From positions 14,580-78,579 of the forward strand of contig CACLQI010000002.1 in the NCBI GenBank assembly GCA_902608975.1: a DNA stretch of 64,000 nt, given 5' to 3'. The translations under genes and the position numbers were made by a program. The notes under the pieces are model-generated. The model saw only the letters and a list, made by a program, of their open reading frames with translations, searched no databases and was not told the origin of the DNA. This document shows positions 47,264-56,903 of this stretch, piece after piece. The first letter of the stretch is position 1; every line of letters begins with the position of its first letter. Source of the DNA: an uncultured Pelagibacteraceae bacterium (lineage in GTDB: Bacteria; Pseudomonadota; Alphaproteobacteria; Pelagibacterales; Pelagibacteraceae).

Positions 47264-47335
47264 TTTAAAAGTATTAATAAGAAATAATTTGTGACTTAAA
47301 GAACATTATTACTTAACTATAAGAAATCTTAATAA

Positions 47336-47944
47336 ATGAAACAAATAAATTTACAAGAAAATTTAAGGAAAAAATTCTTAAGAAATGGAGTTAAGATGAT
47401 GGCCCCAGAAACAGTTTTTTTTTCTAAAGATACAAAAATAGGAAAAAACGTAACTATCGATCCTTATGTTGTAATTGGAAAAAAAGTAAAAATTCAAAAT
47501 AATGTAAAAATTTTTTCTTTCTCCCATTTAGAGGATGTAAAAATAGAAAATAATGTAAATATAGGACCATATGCAAGACTTAGACCTGGAGTAATTTTAA
47601 AATCAGGTGCTAGAGTTGGAAATTTTGTTGAAGTGAAAAAAAGTATAATTGGAAAAAAATCAAAAGTTAATCATTTATCTTATATAGGAGACTCTAATTT
47701 AGGATCAAAAGTAAATATAGGTGCTGGAACTATAACTTGTAATTATGATGGTGTAAAAAAAAATAAAACAAAAATTAAGAATAATGTTTTTATTGGTTCA
47801 AATACTTCTTTAGTTGCTCCAGTTACTATAAATGAAAATAGCACTATTGGCGCAGGATCTGTAATAACTAAAAAAGTGAATAAAAAATCTTTAGCACTAA
47901 GTAGATCACCACAGGTGGAAATAAAAAATTATAAAAGAAAATAA
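47336..47944 (+). CDS. glmU: GlmU C-terminal glucosamine-1-P acetyltransferase domain only
   Basis: IGPYARLRPG, VGNFVEVK, KVNHLSYIGD, NIGAGTITCNYDG, FIGSN..LVAPV; no N-terminal LAAGxGTRMKS domain. Confidence 0.85.
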   Translation: MKQINLQENLRKKFLRNGVKMMAPETVFFSKDTKIGKNVTIDPYVVIGKKVKIQNNVKIFSFSHLEDVKIENNVNIGPYARLRPGVILKSGARVGNFVEVKKSIIGKKSKVNHLSYIGDSNLGSKVNIGAGTITCNYDGVKKNKTKIKNNVFIGSNTSLVAPVTINENSTIGAGSVITKKVNKKSLALSRSPQVEIKNYKRK

Positions 47945-47946
47945 AA

Positions 47947-49764
47947 ATGTGTGGAATAGTAGGAATAGTTAGTAATAAATCTGTATCAGCAAGTATTATA
48001 GGAGCTTTAAAAAAACTTGAATATCGCGGTTATGACTCAGCAGGTATATCGACGATAAGCAACGGACAAATAAATGAGCAAAAGTGTTCTGGTAGAGTAG
48101 ACAACCTAGAAAAAATTCTTTTTCAAAATCCATCTAGTGGAGATCTTGGCATTGGTCACGTTCGATGGGCAACACACGGAATACCCAACCAATTAAATGC
48201 TCATCCACACTCATCTGAAGTTGTTTCTGTAGTTCATAATGGGATAATAGAAAATTCAGATGAATTAAGAAAAGAATATAAAAAAAAAGGTTATTCTTTT
48301 AAATCTCAAACAGATACAGAGGTAATTACAATTATGTTAACTGATTTCTTAAGAAAGGAAGACTTAATTAATTGTATTCATAAAACATTAGAAAAACTAG
48401 AAGGTAGTTTTGCTTTAGGAGTTATTTTTAAAGATTTTGATAATTTAGTAGTAGGAGCAAGAAGGGGTAGTCCTTTGGCAGTTGGATATGGACATAATGA
48501 AAATTTTATTGGATCAGATTCTTATGCACTCAAATCAATGACAAATAAAATTTCATATCTTGATGATGGAGATTTTTGTATTTTATATAAAGAGAAAGTT
48601 GAATTTTATAGTTCTGACAAAAAAAAAATTAACAAAGAAATATTTGAGTTATCTCATGAAGATAATACAGCAGATAAAGGTGATTATAGAGATTTTATGT
48701 CAAAAGAAATTAATGAACAATCTATTACAACAAAAAAATGTATTAATGAATATTTAGATAAATCACGTAATGAGATAAATATTTATAATCTACCAATCGA
48801 TCCAAAAAAAATTAATAAAATTCGTTTGATAGCCTGTGGCACTGCATATCATTCTTGTTTAATGGCAAAATACTGGATTGAGGAGTTTACCTCATTAGAT
48901 GTCGAAGCAGATATAGCATCAGAATTTAGATATAGAAAAGTTAAATTAAATCCAAATGATCTATATATTTTTGTCTCACAATCTGGTGAAACCGCAGACA
49001 CATATGCAGCTCTAGAAAAATGTAAAAAAAATCAGATAAAAACATGTGGAATAGTTAATGTTGTAGAAAGCTCTATAGCGAGATCGGCAGATTTTGTTTT
49101 ACCAATTCATGCTGGCCCAGAAATAGGGGTTGCTTCTACAAAAGCATTTATTGGCCAGTTAATAGTTCTTTATTTATTGTCATTAAAAATATCAAAAGAG
49201 AGGAGCGATATAAGCACAGAAGAATATTTAAAATTGGTATTAGATTTAAAAAAATTACCTGATTTAATTGAAGAAACCTTAAATAAGCAAAAAGATATTC
49301 AATTAATAGCAAGAGATTTCATAAAAGCAAAAGGTATAATGTATTTGGGTAGAGGTTACTCTTATCCAATTGCAATGGAAGGAGCTCTGAAACTTAAGGA
49401 ACTTTCATATATTCACGCTGAGGGGTACGCAGCTGGAGAAATGAAACACGGACCGCTTGCGCTTATTGAAGATGGAATGCCGGTAATTGTTTTAGCACCT
49501 AAAGACAGATTTTTTGAAAAAACTATTTCTAATATGCAAGAAGTAATTGCAAGAGGTGGCAAAGTTCTAATGATTACAGATGATACTTCAGAGACGATGA
49601 ATGAAAATATTAGGTTTAAGTTTCAAATCCCAAAAACTAATTCAACGATAAACTCTTTTCTTTTAACAATACCAATTCAGTTTTTGGCCTATCACGTTGC
49701 ATTATTAAAGAATTGTGACATAGATAAGCCACGAAATCTTGCTAAATCCGTCACTGTTGAATAA
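47947..49764 (+). CDS. glmS: Glutamine-fructose-6-phosphate transaminase
   Basis: MCGIVG, LEYRGYDSAG, GHVRWATHG, SQSGETAD, LKLKELSY, PRNLAKSVTVE. Confidence 0.97.
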   Translation: MCGIVGIVSNKSVSASIIGALKKLEYRGYDSAGISTISNGQINEQKCSGRVDNLEKILFQNPSSGDLGIGHVRWATHGIPNQLNAHPHSSEVVSVVHNGIIENSDELRKEYKKKGYSFKSQTDTEVITIMLTDFLRKEDLINCIHKTLEKLEGSFALGVIFKDFDNLVVGARRGSPLAVGYGHNENFIGSDSYALKSMTNKISYLDDGDFCILYKEKVEFYSSDKKKINKEIFELSHEDNTADKGDYRDFMSKEINEQSITTKKCINEYLDKSRNEINIYNLPIDPKKINKIRLIACGTAYHSCLMAKYWIEEFTSLDVEADIASEFRYRKVKLNPNDLYIFVSQSGETADTYAALEKCKKNQIKTCGIVNVVESSIARSADFVLPIHAGPEIGVASTKAFIGQLIVLYLLSLKISKERSDISTEEYLKLVLDLKKLPDLIEETLNKQKDIQLIARDFIKAKGIMYLGRGYSYPIAMEGALKLKELSYIHAEGYAAGEMKHGPLALIEDGMPVIVLAPKDRFFEKTISNMQEVIARGGKVLMITDDTSETMNENIRFKFQIPKTNSTINSFLLTIPIQFLAYHVALLKNCDIDKPRNLAKSVTVE

Positions 49765-49799
49765 TTAATAAACTTTGATAAAACACTCTTAGGTTGAAC

Positions 49800-51179
49800 A
49801 TGAAAAAATGGAAAATTAACAGTTGGAGAAATTATCCTGTAAAACACATCCCAACATATGAGGATGCAAAGGAGTTAAACTTAGTTTTAAATAAATTAAA
49901 AAGTTTTCCTCCTTTGGTTTTTGCTGGTGAAACAAGACATTTAAAACAACAACTTGCAAGTGTTGTTGATGGAAAGGCATTCTTATTACAAGGAGGAGAT
50001 TGTGCAGAAAGTTTTGCTGAGTTTAATCCTGACAATATCAGAGATACATTTAAAGTTATTCTTCAAATGTCTTTAATTTTAACATACTCAGCATCTTTAC
50101 CTGTAGTTAAATTAGGAAGGATAGCAGGCCAGTTCTCCAAACCTAGAAGCGCACCCACGGAAGTACAAGGAGATAAAGAATTACCAAGTTACCTAGGTGA
50201 CAATATTAATGGAATTGAATTTAATGAGAAATCAAGAAAACCTGATCCTAAAAGATTATTTAAAGCTTATTCCCAAGCCGCTTCAACTTTAAACCTGCTA
50301 AGAGCTTTTTCCAAAGGGGGTTTTGCTGATTTAAATAAAGTTCATTTGTGGAATTTAGATTATATTAAAAAAAGTCCACAAGCTAAAAAATTTAAAGAAT
50401 TAGAGGACAAAATTGCTGATGCTCTTGCATTTATGGATGCATGTGGAATTACTTCTGATTTTAATAATAGACTTTACACAGTAAATTTTTGGACTTCACA
50501 CGAGGCTTTACTTTTACCATTTGAGGAAAGCATGACCAGAGTTGATTCAACAACAGGCGAATATCACGATACATCTGCTCATTTTGTTTGGATTGGAGAT
50601 AGAACTAGACAAATAGATGGTGGCCATGTTGAGTTTTGTAAAGGAATTCAGAATCCAATAGGAATTAAGTGTGGCCCAACTTCAAAACCTGATGAAATTG
50701 CTAAAATTTGTAATGTTTTAAATCCAAAAAACGAAAAAGGAAAAATTACATTAATTTCAAGATTTGGTCATGACAAAGTAGAGAAATTTTTACCAAAATT
50801 AATTAGAGGTATTAAAAAAGAAGGCCTTAATGTTATTTGGTCATGTGATCCAATGCACGGTAATACAATTAAATCTTCCACAGGTTTTAAAACTAGACCA
50901 TTTAACAATGTTGTTTCTGAAGTAAAAAATGTTTTTGGGGTGCATCAAAGCGAAGGTTCTTATGCAGGAGGGTTGCATATAGAAATGACAGGTCAAAATG
51001 TAACAGAATGTACAGGTGGAGCAAAAAATATTTCTGATGCAGATTTATCAAGCAGATATCACACACATTGTGATCCTAGACTAAATGCAGATCAAGCTTT
51101 AGAACTAGCTTTTTTAATTTCTGATGAGATTAAGAAGAATTCTAATTACGCTAAAAACGGGATTAGAGCGGCATCTTAA
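49800..51179 (+). CDS. Class II DAHP synthase
   Basis: LLQGGDCAESF, GRIAGQFSKPRS, WIGDRTRQ, CDPMHGNT, CDPRLN. Start ATG at 49800. Confidence 0.95.
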   Translation: MKKWKINSWRNYPVKHIPTYEDAKELNLVLNKLKSFPPLVFAGETRHLKQQLASVVDGKAFLLQGGDCAESFAEFNPDNIRDTFKVILQMSLILTYSASLPVVKLGRIAGQFSKPRSAPTEVQGDKELPSYLGDNINGIEFNEKSRKPDPKRLFKAYSQAASTLNLLRAFSKGGFADLNKVHLWNLDYIKKSPQAKKFKELEDKIADALAFMDACGITSDFNNRLYTVNFWTSHEALLLPFEESMTRVDSTTGEYHDTSAHFVWIGDRTRQIDGGHVEFCKGIQNPIGIKCGPTSKPDEIAKICNVLNPKNEKGKITLISRFGHDKVEKFLPKLIRGIKKEGLNVIWSCDPMHGNTIKSSTGFKTRPFNNVVSEVKNVFGVHQSEGSYAGGLHIEMTGQNVTECTGGAKNISDADLSSRYHTHCDPRLNADQALELAFLISDEIKKNSNYAKNGIRAAS

Positions 51180-51223
51180 ACAATTGCAATATTTAGTTTC
51201 TACAATTAATTAAAAGAAAAGAT

Positions 51224-51961
51224 ATGACACCTTCTGAAAAAGTTAAATACATAAGTAACTGGATACTGAGTTATGTTAACTCTATGCCAAAAAAAGCTGA
51301 GTCTCTTGTAATAGGAATATCAGGAGGAATTGATTCATCTGTATCAAGTACTTTGAGTGCTTTGACAGGATTAAAAACTATTGTTTTATCTATGCCGATT
51401 AATCAAATAAAGTCACAACACGATTTGAGTATCAAACATCAAGAATGGCTAGTCAAGAATTTTAAAAACGTTAAAGCTCATACAATTAATTTAGATAATT
51501 TATTTAATAGTTTTAAAACAACTCTCTCAGATTTCGATAATGAGCACGGACTTGCAAATTCGCGAGCCAGATTAAGAATGACTACTCTTTATCAGGTAGC
51601 TTCATCAAACAATGGAATTGTAGTTGGTACTGGAAACAAAGTTGAGGATTTTGGCGTTGGTTTCTATACTAAATATGGAGATGGAGGAGTAGATATATCT
51701 CCAATAGCTGATTGTAATAAAACTCAAGTTTGGGAACTAGGTAAAGAATTAAAAATATTAGATGAAATAATAAAAGCAGAACCTACTGATGGTTTATGGG
51801 ATGATGGTAGAACTGATACTGGTCAGCTAGGTTTAAAATATAATGAATTAGAAGAAGCAATGAACAATCTTAATTCAGAAAATAGAGAAAAGTACGAAAA
51901 AATAAGAAAATTAAACTTACATAAAATGGAATCAATTCCAGTATGTAAGATTCCCAACTAA
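51224..51961 (+). CDS. nadE: NH3-dependent NAD+ synthetase
   Basis: GISGGIDS, ANSRARLRM, GTGNKVE, FYTKYGDGG. Confidence 0.95.
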   Translation: MTPSEKVKYISNWILSYVNSMPKKAESLVIGISGGIDSSVSSTLSALTGLKTIVLSMPINQIKSQHDLSIKHQEWLVKNFKNVKAHTINLDNLFNSFKTTLSDFDNEHGLANSRARLRMTTLYQVASSNNGIVVGTGNKVEDFGVGFYTKYGDGGVDISPIADCNKTQVWELGKELKILDEIIKAEPTDGLWDDGRTDTGQLGLKYNELEEAMNNLNSENREKYEKIRKLNLHKMESIPVCKIPN

Positions 51962-52006
51962 TCAATTAGATTAACAAATCTAAAATTAAAGTATATTTCT
52001 ATAGTT

Positions 52007-53368
52007 ATGGATAAAGATATTTTTTTAACAAATAGTCTTGGAAACAAAAAAGAAAAATTTGTACCAATAGATAATAAGAAAATAGGTATGTATGTTTGTG
52101 GACCAACTGTTTATGACGATCCACACATAGGAAATGCAAGGCCATTAGTGGTTTTTGATATTTTATACAAAGTCTTAAAGTGTAAATACGGCAATAAATC
52201 TATTTCTTATGTAAGAAATATAACAGATGTTGATGATAAAATTATTCAAACTTCATTAGAAAAAAAAATTTCTATTGAGGATTTAACTAGAAAAATAACA
52301 AAAAATTTTAATAATGATTGTGAATATTTAAACTGTGAAAAACCTAACGAGGAGCCAAAGGCAACCGAAAATATTTCTCTTATGGTTAAAATGACCGAGG
52401 AATTAATAAAAAAAAATTATGCATATATAAATAAAAACCATGTTTATTTTGAGGTTAAAAAATTTAAAGATTATGGAAAACTTTCAAATAAAAATTTAGA
52501 AGAACTAATTGCTGGCTCTAGAGTAGAAATATCAGAAAATAAAAAAAATCCAGAGGATTTTGTTTTATGGAAACCATCCAAAGAACATGAACCATCTTGG
52601 GATTCTCCTTGGGGCAAGGGTAGACCGGGTTGGCATCTAGAATGTTCTGTAATGTCCAAAAAATATCTTGGTAATAAATTTGATATTCATGGTGGCGGTA
52701 GAGATCTAATATTTCCACATCATGAGAACGAAATTGCTCAGTCTAGATGTGCAAATGATACAAATACATTCGCGAACTATTGGGTACATAATGGATTTAT
52801 AACTATTTCAAATGAAAAAATGGCAAAATCTCAAGGGAATATTTTAAGGATAAAAGATTTTAAAAAAAATATTAATGGTCAGGTTTTAAGATTAGCTCTT
52901 ATAAGCACTCATTACAAACAACCATTAGATTGGAATGATAAACTGCTTGAAGAATGTCAAAAAACTTTAAACAAATGGTACGATTGTTATGTTGAGGTAA
53001 AAAAGAAAGTTCTAATTCCTGATGAATTCTTAGCTCCACTCTATGATGATTTGAATACTCCAAGTTATATTGCAAATATTCATAAATTATATGAAAAGGC
53101 ACATCAGGGAAATATTCAAGATAAGGAAGTTTTTACAACAGCATGTAATTTTATTGGCTTATTAAGCGAAACAAGAAATCATTGGTTAAAATTTAAAAAA
53201 GAAAAATCTGAGATATCAGAAGAAGAAATATTATCCAAAATTAAAGAGCGTGATAAAGCTAGAAAAGATAAAGATTATAAACTCTCTGATAAAATCAGAG
53301 ATGAATTATTGAACAAAGGTGTTTTAATAGAGGATAAAGATGGTAAAACCACGTGGAAATTAAAATGA
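52007..53368 (+). CDS. cysS: Cysteinyl-tRNA synthetase
   Basis: YVCGPTVY, HIGNAR, GRPGWHLECS, HGGG.DL.FPHHENE, KMAKS. Confidence 0.97.
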   Translation: MDKDIFLTNSLGNKKEKFVPIDNKKIGMYVCGPTVYDDPHIGNARPLVVFDILYKVLKCKYGNKSISYVRNITDVDDKIIQTSLEKKISIEDLTRKITKNFNNDCEYLNCEKPNEEPKATENISLMVKMTEELIKKNYAYINKNHVYFEVKKFKDYGKLSNKNLEELIAGSRVEISENKKNPEDFVLWKPSKEHEPSWDSPWGKGRPGWHLECSVMSKKYLGNKFDIHGGGRDLIFPHHENEIAQSRCANDTNTFANYWVHNGFITISNEKMAKSQGNILRIKDFKKNINGQVLRLALISTHYKQPLDWNDKLLEECQKTLNKWYDCYVEVKKKVLIPDEFLAPLYDDLNTPSYIANIHKLYEKAHQGNIQDKEVFTTACNFIGLLSETRNHWLKFKKEKSEISEEEILSKIKERDKARKDKDYKLSDKIRDELLNKGVLIEDKDGKTTWKLK

Positions 53369-54966
53369 GTAAAGAAAAATTATATATATTCGACACAACA
53401 CTTAGAGACGGAGCACAAACACAAGGTGTTGATTTTTCTATTGATGACAAATTAAAGATAACTAAATCTTTGGATAGTCTTGGAGTAGATTATATTGAAG
53501 GTGGATGGCCTGGAGCCAATCCTACAGATACAGAATTTTTTCAAAAAAAAATTAAGTGCAAAAATTCAGTTTTAACTGCATTTGGTATGACAAAAAAAAC
53601 TGGAAGAAGTGCTGATAATGATCCAGGTTTGTCAGCTCTATTGAATAGTAATACTGAAGCAATATGTATTGTCGGAAAATCATGGGATTTTCATGTAGAT
53701 GTTGCTCTTGGTATTAGCAATGAAGAAAACTTGGAAAATATCAGCGAAAGCACAAAGCTTTTTGTTAAGGAAAAAAAAGAATTTATGTTTGATGCTGAAC
53801 ATTTCTTTGATGGTTATAAAGCAAACCCTAAATATACGGTGTCATGTTTAAAAGCTGCTTATGATAATGGAGCAAGATGGATAGTTTTGTGTGATACTAA
53901 TGGCGGAACACTACCTCACGAAGTAACAAAAATAGTTAATGAAGTTGTAAAAGTTATCCCCGGAAAAAATTTAGGAATTCATGCACATAATGACACCGGA
54001 AATGCTGTATCAAATACTTTAGCTGCTGTATTGGCTGGTGTTAGACAAGTTCAAGGAACAATTAATGGACTGGGTGAAAGATGTGGGAATGCAAATCTTA
54101 TGTCTTTAATACCAACATTTTATTTAAAAAAAGATTTTTCAGATAAATTTGAAATTAATATTAAAGAAAATAACATTAAGAATTTAACTCAATGTTCAAG
54201 ACTTTTAGATGAGATATTAAACAGAAAACCAAATAAACATTTACCTTATGTTGGTGCGGCTGCTTTTTCACACAAGGGTGGTTTGCATGTTTCTGCAGTT
54301 CAAAAAGATCCAAAAACTTATGAACATATTAACCCTGAAGAAGTTGGAAACGTTAGAAATATTGTTGTTTCAGATCAAGCTGGAAAATCAAATATTTTAT
54401 CAAGATTAAAAACTATTGGAATTGAAATTAAAGAAGATGATCCAAAAGTTAAAAAGCTTTTGAGTGAGGTAAAAGATAGAGAATTTATTGGTTATAGTTA
54501 CGATGGAGCAGATGCATCATTTGAACTATTAGCGAGAAGAATAATGAGTGAAATACCAAGATATATTTTGATAAAAGAATATGATGTATCAGTTAAAAAA
54601 AATTCCTCTGGAAAAATAATTTCTTCAGCAAAGGCTCATCTAGAAGTTGATGGAGAAAAAATTGTTTGTGAGGGTGAGGGTAATGGACCAGTTAACGCAT
54701 TGGATAATGCTATAAGAAATAACGTTGATCGATTAGCAAAATATTCTAAATATTTAAAAGATCTTAAATTAGTAGACTATAAAGTTAGAATTTTAAATAC
54801 TGGTACAGAAGCTATAACAAGAGTTTCTATAGAAAGCACAGACTCAAAAGGAAAAAATTGGTTTACGATAGGAGTCTCAACAAATATCATTGAAGCTTCA
54901 TTTAAAGCGCTAATTGATAGTTTGGATTACAAATTATTTAAAGATAATGCTCCTGCAAGTAGTTAA
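53365..54966 (+). CDS. cimA: Citramalate synthase
   Basis: FDTTLRDGAQ, YIEGGWPGANP, DAEHFFDG, GIHAHND, HKGGLHVSA, DYKVRI. Start ATG at 53365. Confidence 0.9.
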   Translation: MSKEKLYIFDTTLRDGAQTQGVDFSIDDKLKITKSLDSLGVDYIEGGWPGANPTDTEFFQKKIKCKNSVLTAFGMTKKTGRSADNDPGLSALLNSNTEAICIVGKSWDFHVDVALGISNEENLENISESTKLFVKEKKEFMFDAEHFFDGYKANPKYTVSCLKAAYDNGARWIVLCDTNGGTLPHEVTKIVNEVVKVIPGKNLGIHAHNDTGNAVSNTLAAVLAGVRQVQGTINGLGERCGNANLMSLIPTFYLKKDFSDKFEINIKENNIKNLTQCSRLLDEILNRKPNKHLPYVGAAAFSHKGGLHVSAVQKDPKTYEHINPEEVGNVRNIVVSDQAGKSNILSRLKTIGIEIKEDDPKVKKLLSEVKDREFIGYSYDGADASFELLARRIMSEIPRYILIKEYDVSVKKNSSGKIISSAKAHLEVDGEKIVCEGEGNGPVNALDNAIRNNVDRLAKYSKYLKDLKLVDYKVRILNTGTEAITRVSIESTDSKGKNWFTIGVSTNIIEASFKALIDSLDYKLFKDNAPASS

Positions 54967-55673
54967 TGTCATCTGTATCTTTTATTCTTCATAAACCACA
55001 GTTATCTGAAAATATAGGAGCATGTGCCAGGGCTATTAAAAATTTCAATTTTAATAAATTAGCAGTAATTAATCCAAAACCTGCATTTCCCAATGATAAA
55101 ATCGTTGCAACATCTGTGGGTGCCAAAGAAATAATTCAAAACTGCAAAGTCTATGATAATTTGGAGCTAGCTACAAAAAATATTGACTACCTTATTGCAA
55201 CATCATCAAGATTTCGTAACAAAAATATTAAACATATAAGTTTAAACGATTTATCTAAATTAGATTTTAATAAAAAAATTGGCTTTCTTTTTGGATCAGA
55301 AGCTTCAGGACTTTCAAATAAAGAAATAGTTTATGCTAATTGTACTATGCAAATACCTACTAACCCAAATTTTAAATCACTTAATTTATCACATAGTGTA
55401 ATTATAGTGGCTCAAGCTGTTTCTAGTTTAATTAAATTAAAAAAAACAAACTATAAAAAATCTAAAAAAATTAAATCAGCTTCTAGAAAAGATATTCAAT
55501 CAATGGTTAATTTATGTATCAAGCATCTAGAAAATAGAAATTTTTTTAAACCATTTGAAAAAAAACCAATAATGTTAGAAAATTTAAGAAGTATTTTTTA
55601 TAAAATGGAGTTATCAGAAAAAGAAACTCGCATATTATCAAGTGTATTTGCTAGCCTTGCAAAAAAAGGCTGA
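54966..55673 (+). CDS. trmJ: TrmJ/LasT-family SPOUT RNA methyltransferase
   Basis: PQLSENIGACARA, LFGSEASGL, SLNLSHSV. Confidence 0.85.
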   Translation: MSSVSFILHKPQLSENIGACARAIKNFNFNKLAVINPKPAFPNDKIVATSVGAKEIIQNCKVYDNLELATKNIDYLIATSSRFRNKNIKHISLNDLSKLDFNKKIGFLFGSEASGLSNKEIVYANCTMQIPTNPNFKSLNLSHSVIIVAQAVSSLIKLKKTNYKKSKKIKSASRKDIQSMVNLCIKHLENRNFFKPFEKKPIMLENLRSIFYKMELSEKETRILSSVFASLAKKG

Positions 55674-55701
55674 TTGACAAAGTCATGAGTAAGTTTATAA
55701 A
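55674..55701 (+). promoter_or_regulatory. Sigma70 promoter of rpsD
   Basis: TTGACA(55674)-16 bp-TATAAA(55696); ATG at 55715. Confidence 0.6.
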
Positions 55702-55714
55702 AGCGACTTATTAA

Positions 55715-56332
55715 ATGACAAAAAGACTTAATTCTAAACATAAAGTTGATAGAAGACTTAAAGTAAATCTATGGGGAAGACCCAAGAGTCCATTTAACAC
55801 GCGAGCTTACCCTCCAGGACAGCATGGCCAGACAAAATCTGCTAAACCATCTGACTATGGTATTCAGTTACAAGCTAAACAAAAGTTAAAATCATATTAT
55901 GGAAATATGAATGAGCGACAATTTAGAAATGTTTATAGAAAAGCAATTATGAAAAAAGGTGATACAGCAGAAAATTTAATTGGATTGTTAGAAAAAAGAC
56001 TTGATGCTGTTATTTATAGATCAAAACTTTCAACAACTATTTTTTCAGCGAGACAACTAATTAATCATGGTCACGTTAAAGTTAATGGAAAAAAAGTTAA
56101 TGTTGCTAGCTATCAGTTAAAAGAAGAAGAAACTATAGAAATTAGAGACAAATCGAAACAATTAGCTTTAATTGATATAGCATTAGCAAATAAAGAAAGA
56201 GAAGTTCCTGAATATCTTCAAGTCGATGAAAAAAACAGAAAAGTTAAATTTGTTAGAGTTCCTAAACTCGAAGAAGTTCCATACCCTGTAGTGATGGAAC
56301 CTAATCTTGTAATTGAATATTATTCTAGATAA
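55715..56332 (+). CDS. rpsD: 30S ribosomal protein S4
   Basis: PPGQHG, SDYGIQL.AKQKL, LEKRLD, ARQLINHGH, LVIEYYSR. Confidence 0.97.
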   Translation: MTKRLNSKHKVDRRLKVNLWGRPKSPFNTRAYPPGQHGQTKSAKPSDYGIQLQAKQKLKSYYGNMNERQFRNVYRKAIMKKGDTAENLIGLLEKRLDAVIYRSKLSTTIFSARQLINHGHVKVNGKKVNVASYQLKEEETIEIRDKSKQLALIDIALANKEREVPEYLQVDEKNRKVKFVRVPKLEEVPYPVVMEPNLVIEYYSR

Positions 56333-56337
56333 AAAAA

Positions 56338-56670
56338 TTATTTCTTAAAATTAATTGAACTTTCTTCAAGTTTTTTTTTAAGTTCACCGTTTTCATACAT
56401 TTCTTTTACAATATCACAACCACCAACAAATTCTTTTTTAATATATAACTGTGGAATAGTAGGCCAGTCACTAAACTGTTTTATGCCTTCCCTTAGATCT
56501 TGATTTTCAAGAACATTAACTCCTTGAAAATTAACTTCCAAAATTTTTAATATATTTGTCACGGCCATTGAGAAACCACATTGTGGCGCATCAGGCGTAC
56601 CCTTCATAAACAAACATACTTCGTTTTCGTTTATTGTATTTTGTATTAAATTTTTTGTTTCTTCATTCAT
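56338..56670 (-). CDS. grxD: Monothiol glutaredoxin Grx4
   Basis: FMKGTP..PQCGFS, WPTIPQLY, GGCDI. Confidence 0.95.
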   Translation of the reverse strand: MNEETKNLIQNTINENEVCLFMKGTPDAPQCGFSMAVTNILKILEVNFQGVNVLENQDLREGIKQFSDWPTIPQLYIKKEFVGGCDIVKEMYENGELKKKLEESSINFKK

Positions 56671-56901
56671 TTATTTTTCTTTAGTTTTAATTGCTAGAGC
56701 ATGTAGTTCATTTCCCATTCTCCCTTTTAAAGAAGCGTAAACCATTTTATGTTGCTCAATTTTACTTTTACCAGAAAACTCAGAAGAAACAACAGTCGCT
56801 GAATAATGATTTCCATCACCAGCTAAATCTTGAATATTTACAGAAGCATCTGGTAAAGCTTCTTTAATAAATTTTTCAATCTCTTTTAAATCCATTGCCA
56901 T
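56671..56901 (-). CDS. bolA: BolA family protein
   Basis: DLAGDGNHY, F.GKS.IEQHKMVY, ELHALAI. Start ATG at 56901. Confidence 0.9.
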   Translation of the reverse strand: MAMDLKEIEKFIKEALPDASVNIQDLAGDGNHYSATVVSSEFSGKSKIEQHKMVYASLKGRMGNELHALAIKTKEK

Positions 56902-56903
56902 CT

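Noticed and set aside
47264-47335. glmU pseudogene or frameshifted N-terminal half
   Set aside because: There is no uridyltransferase remnant in the 72-bp spacer and the remaining domain has intact motifs.
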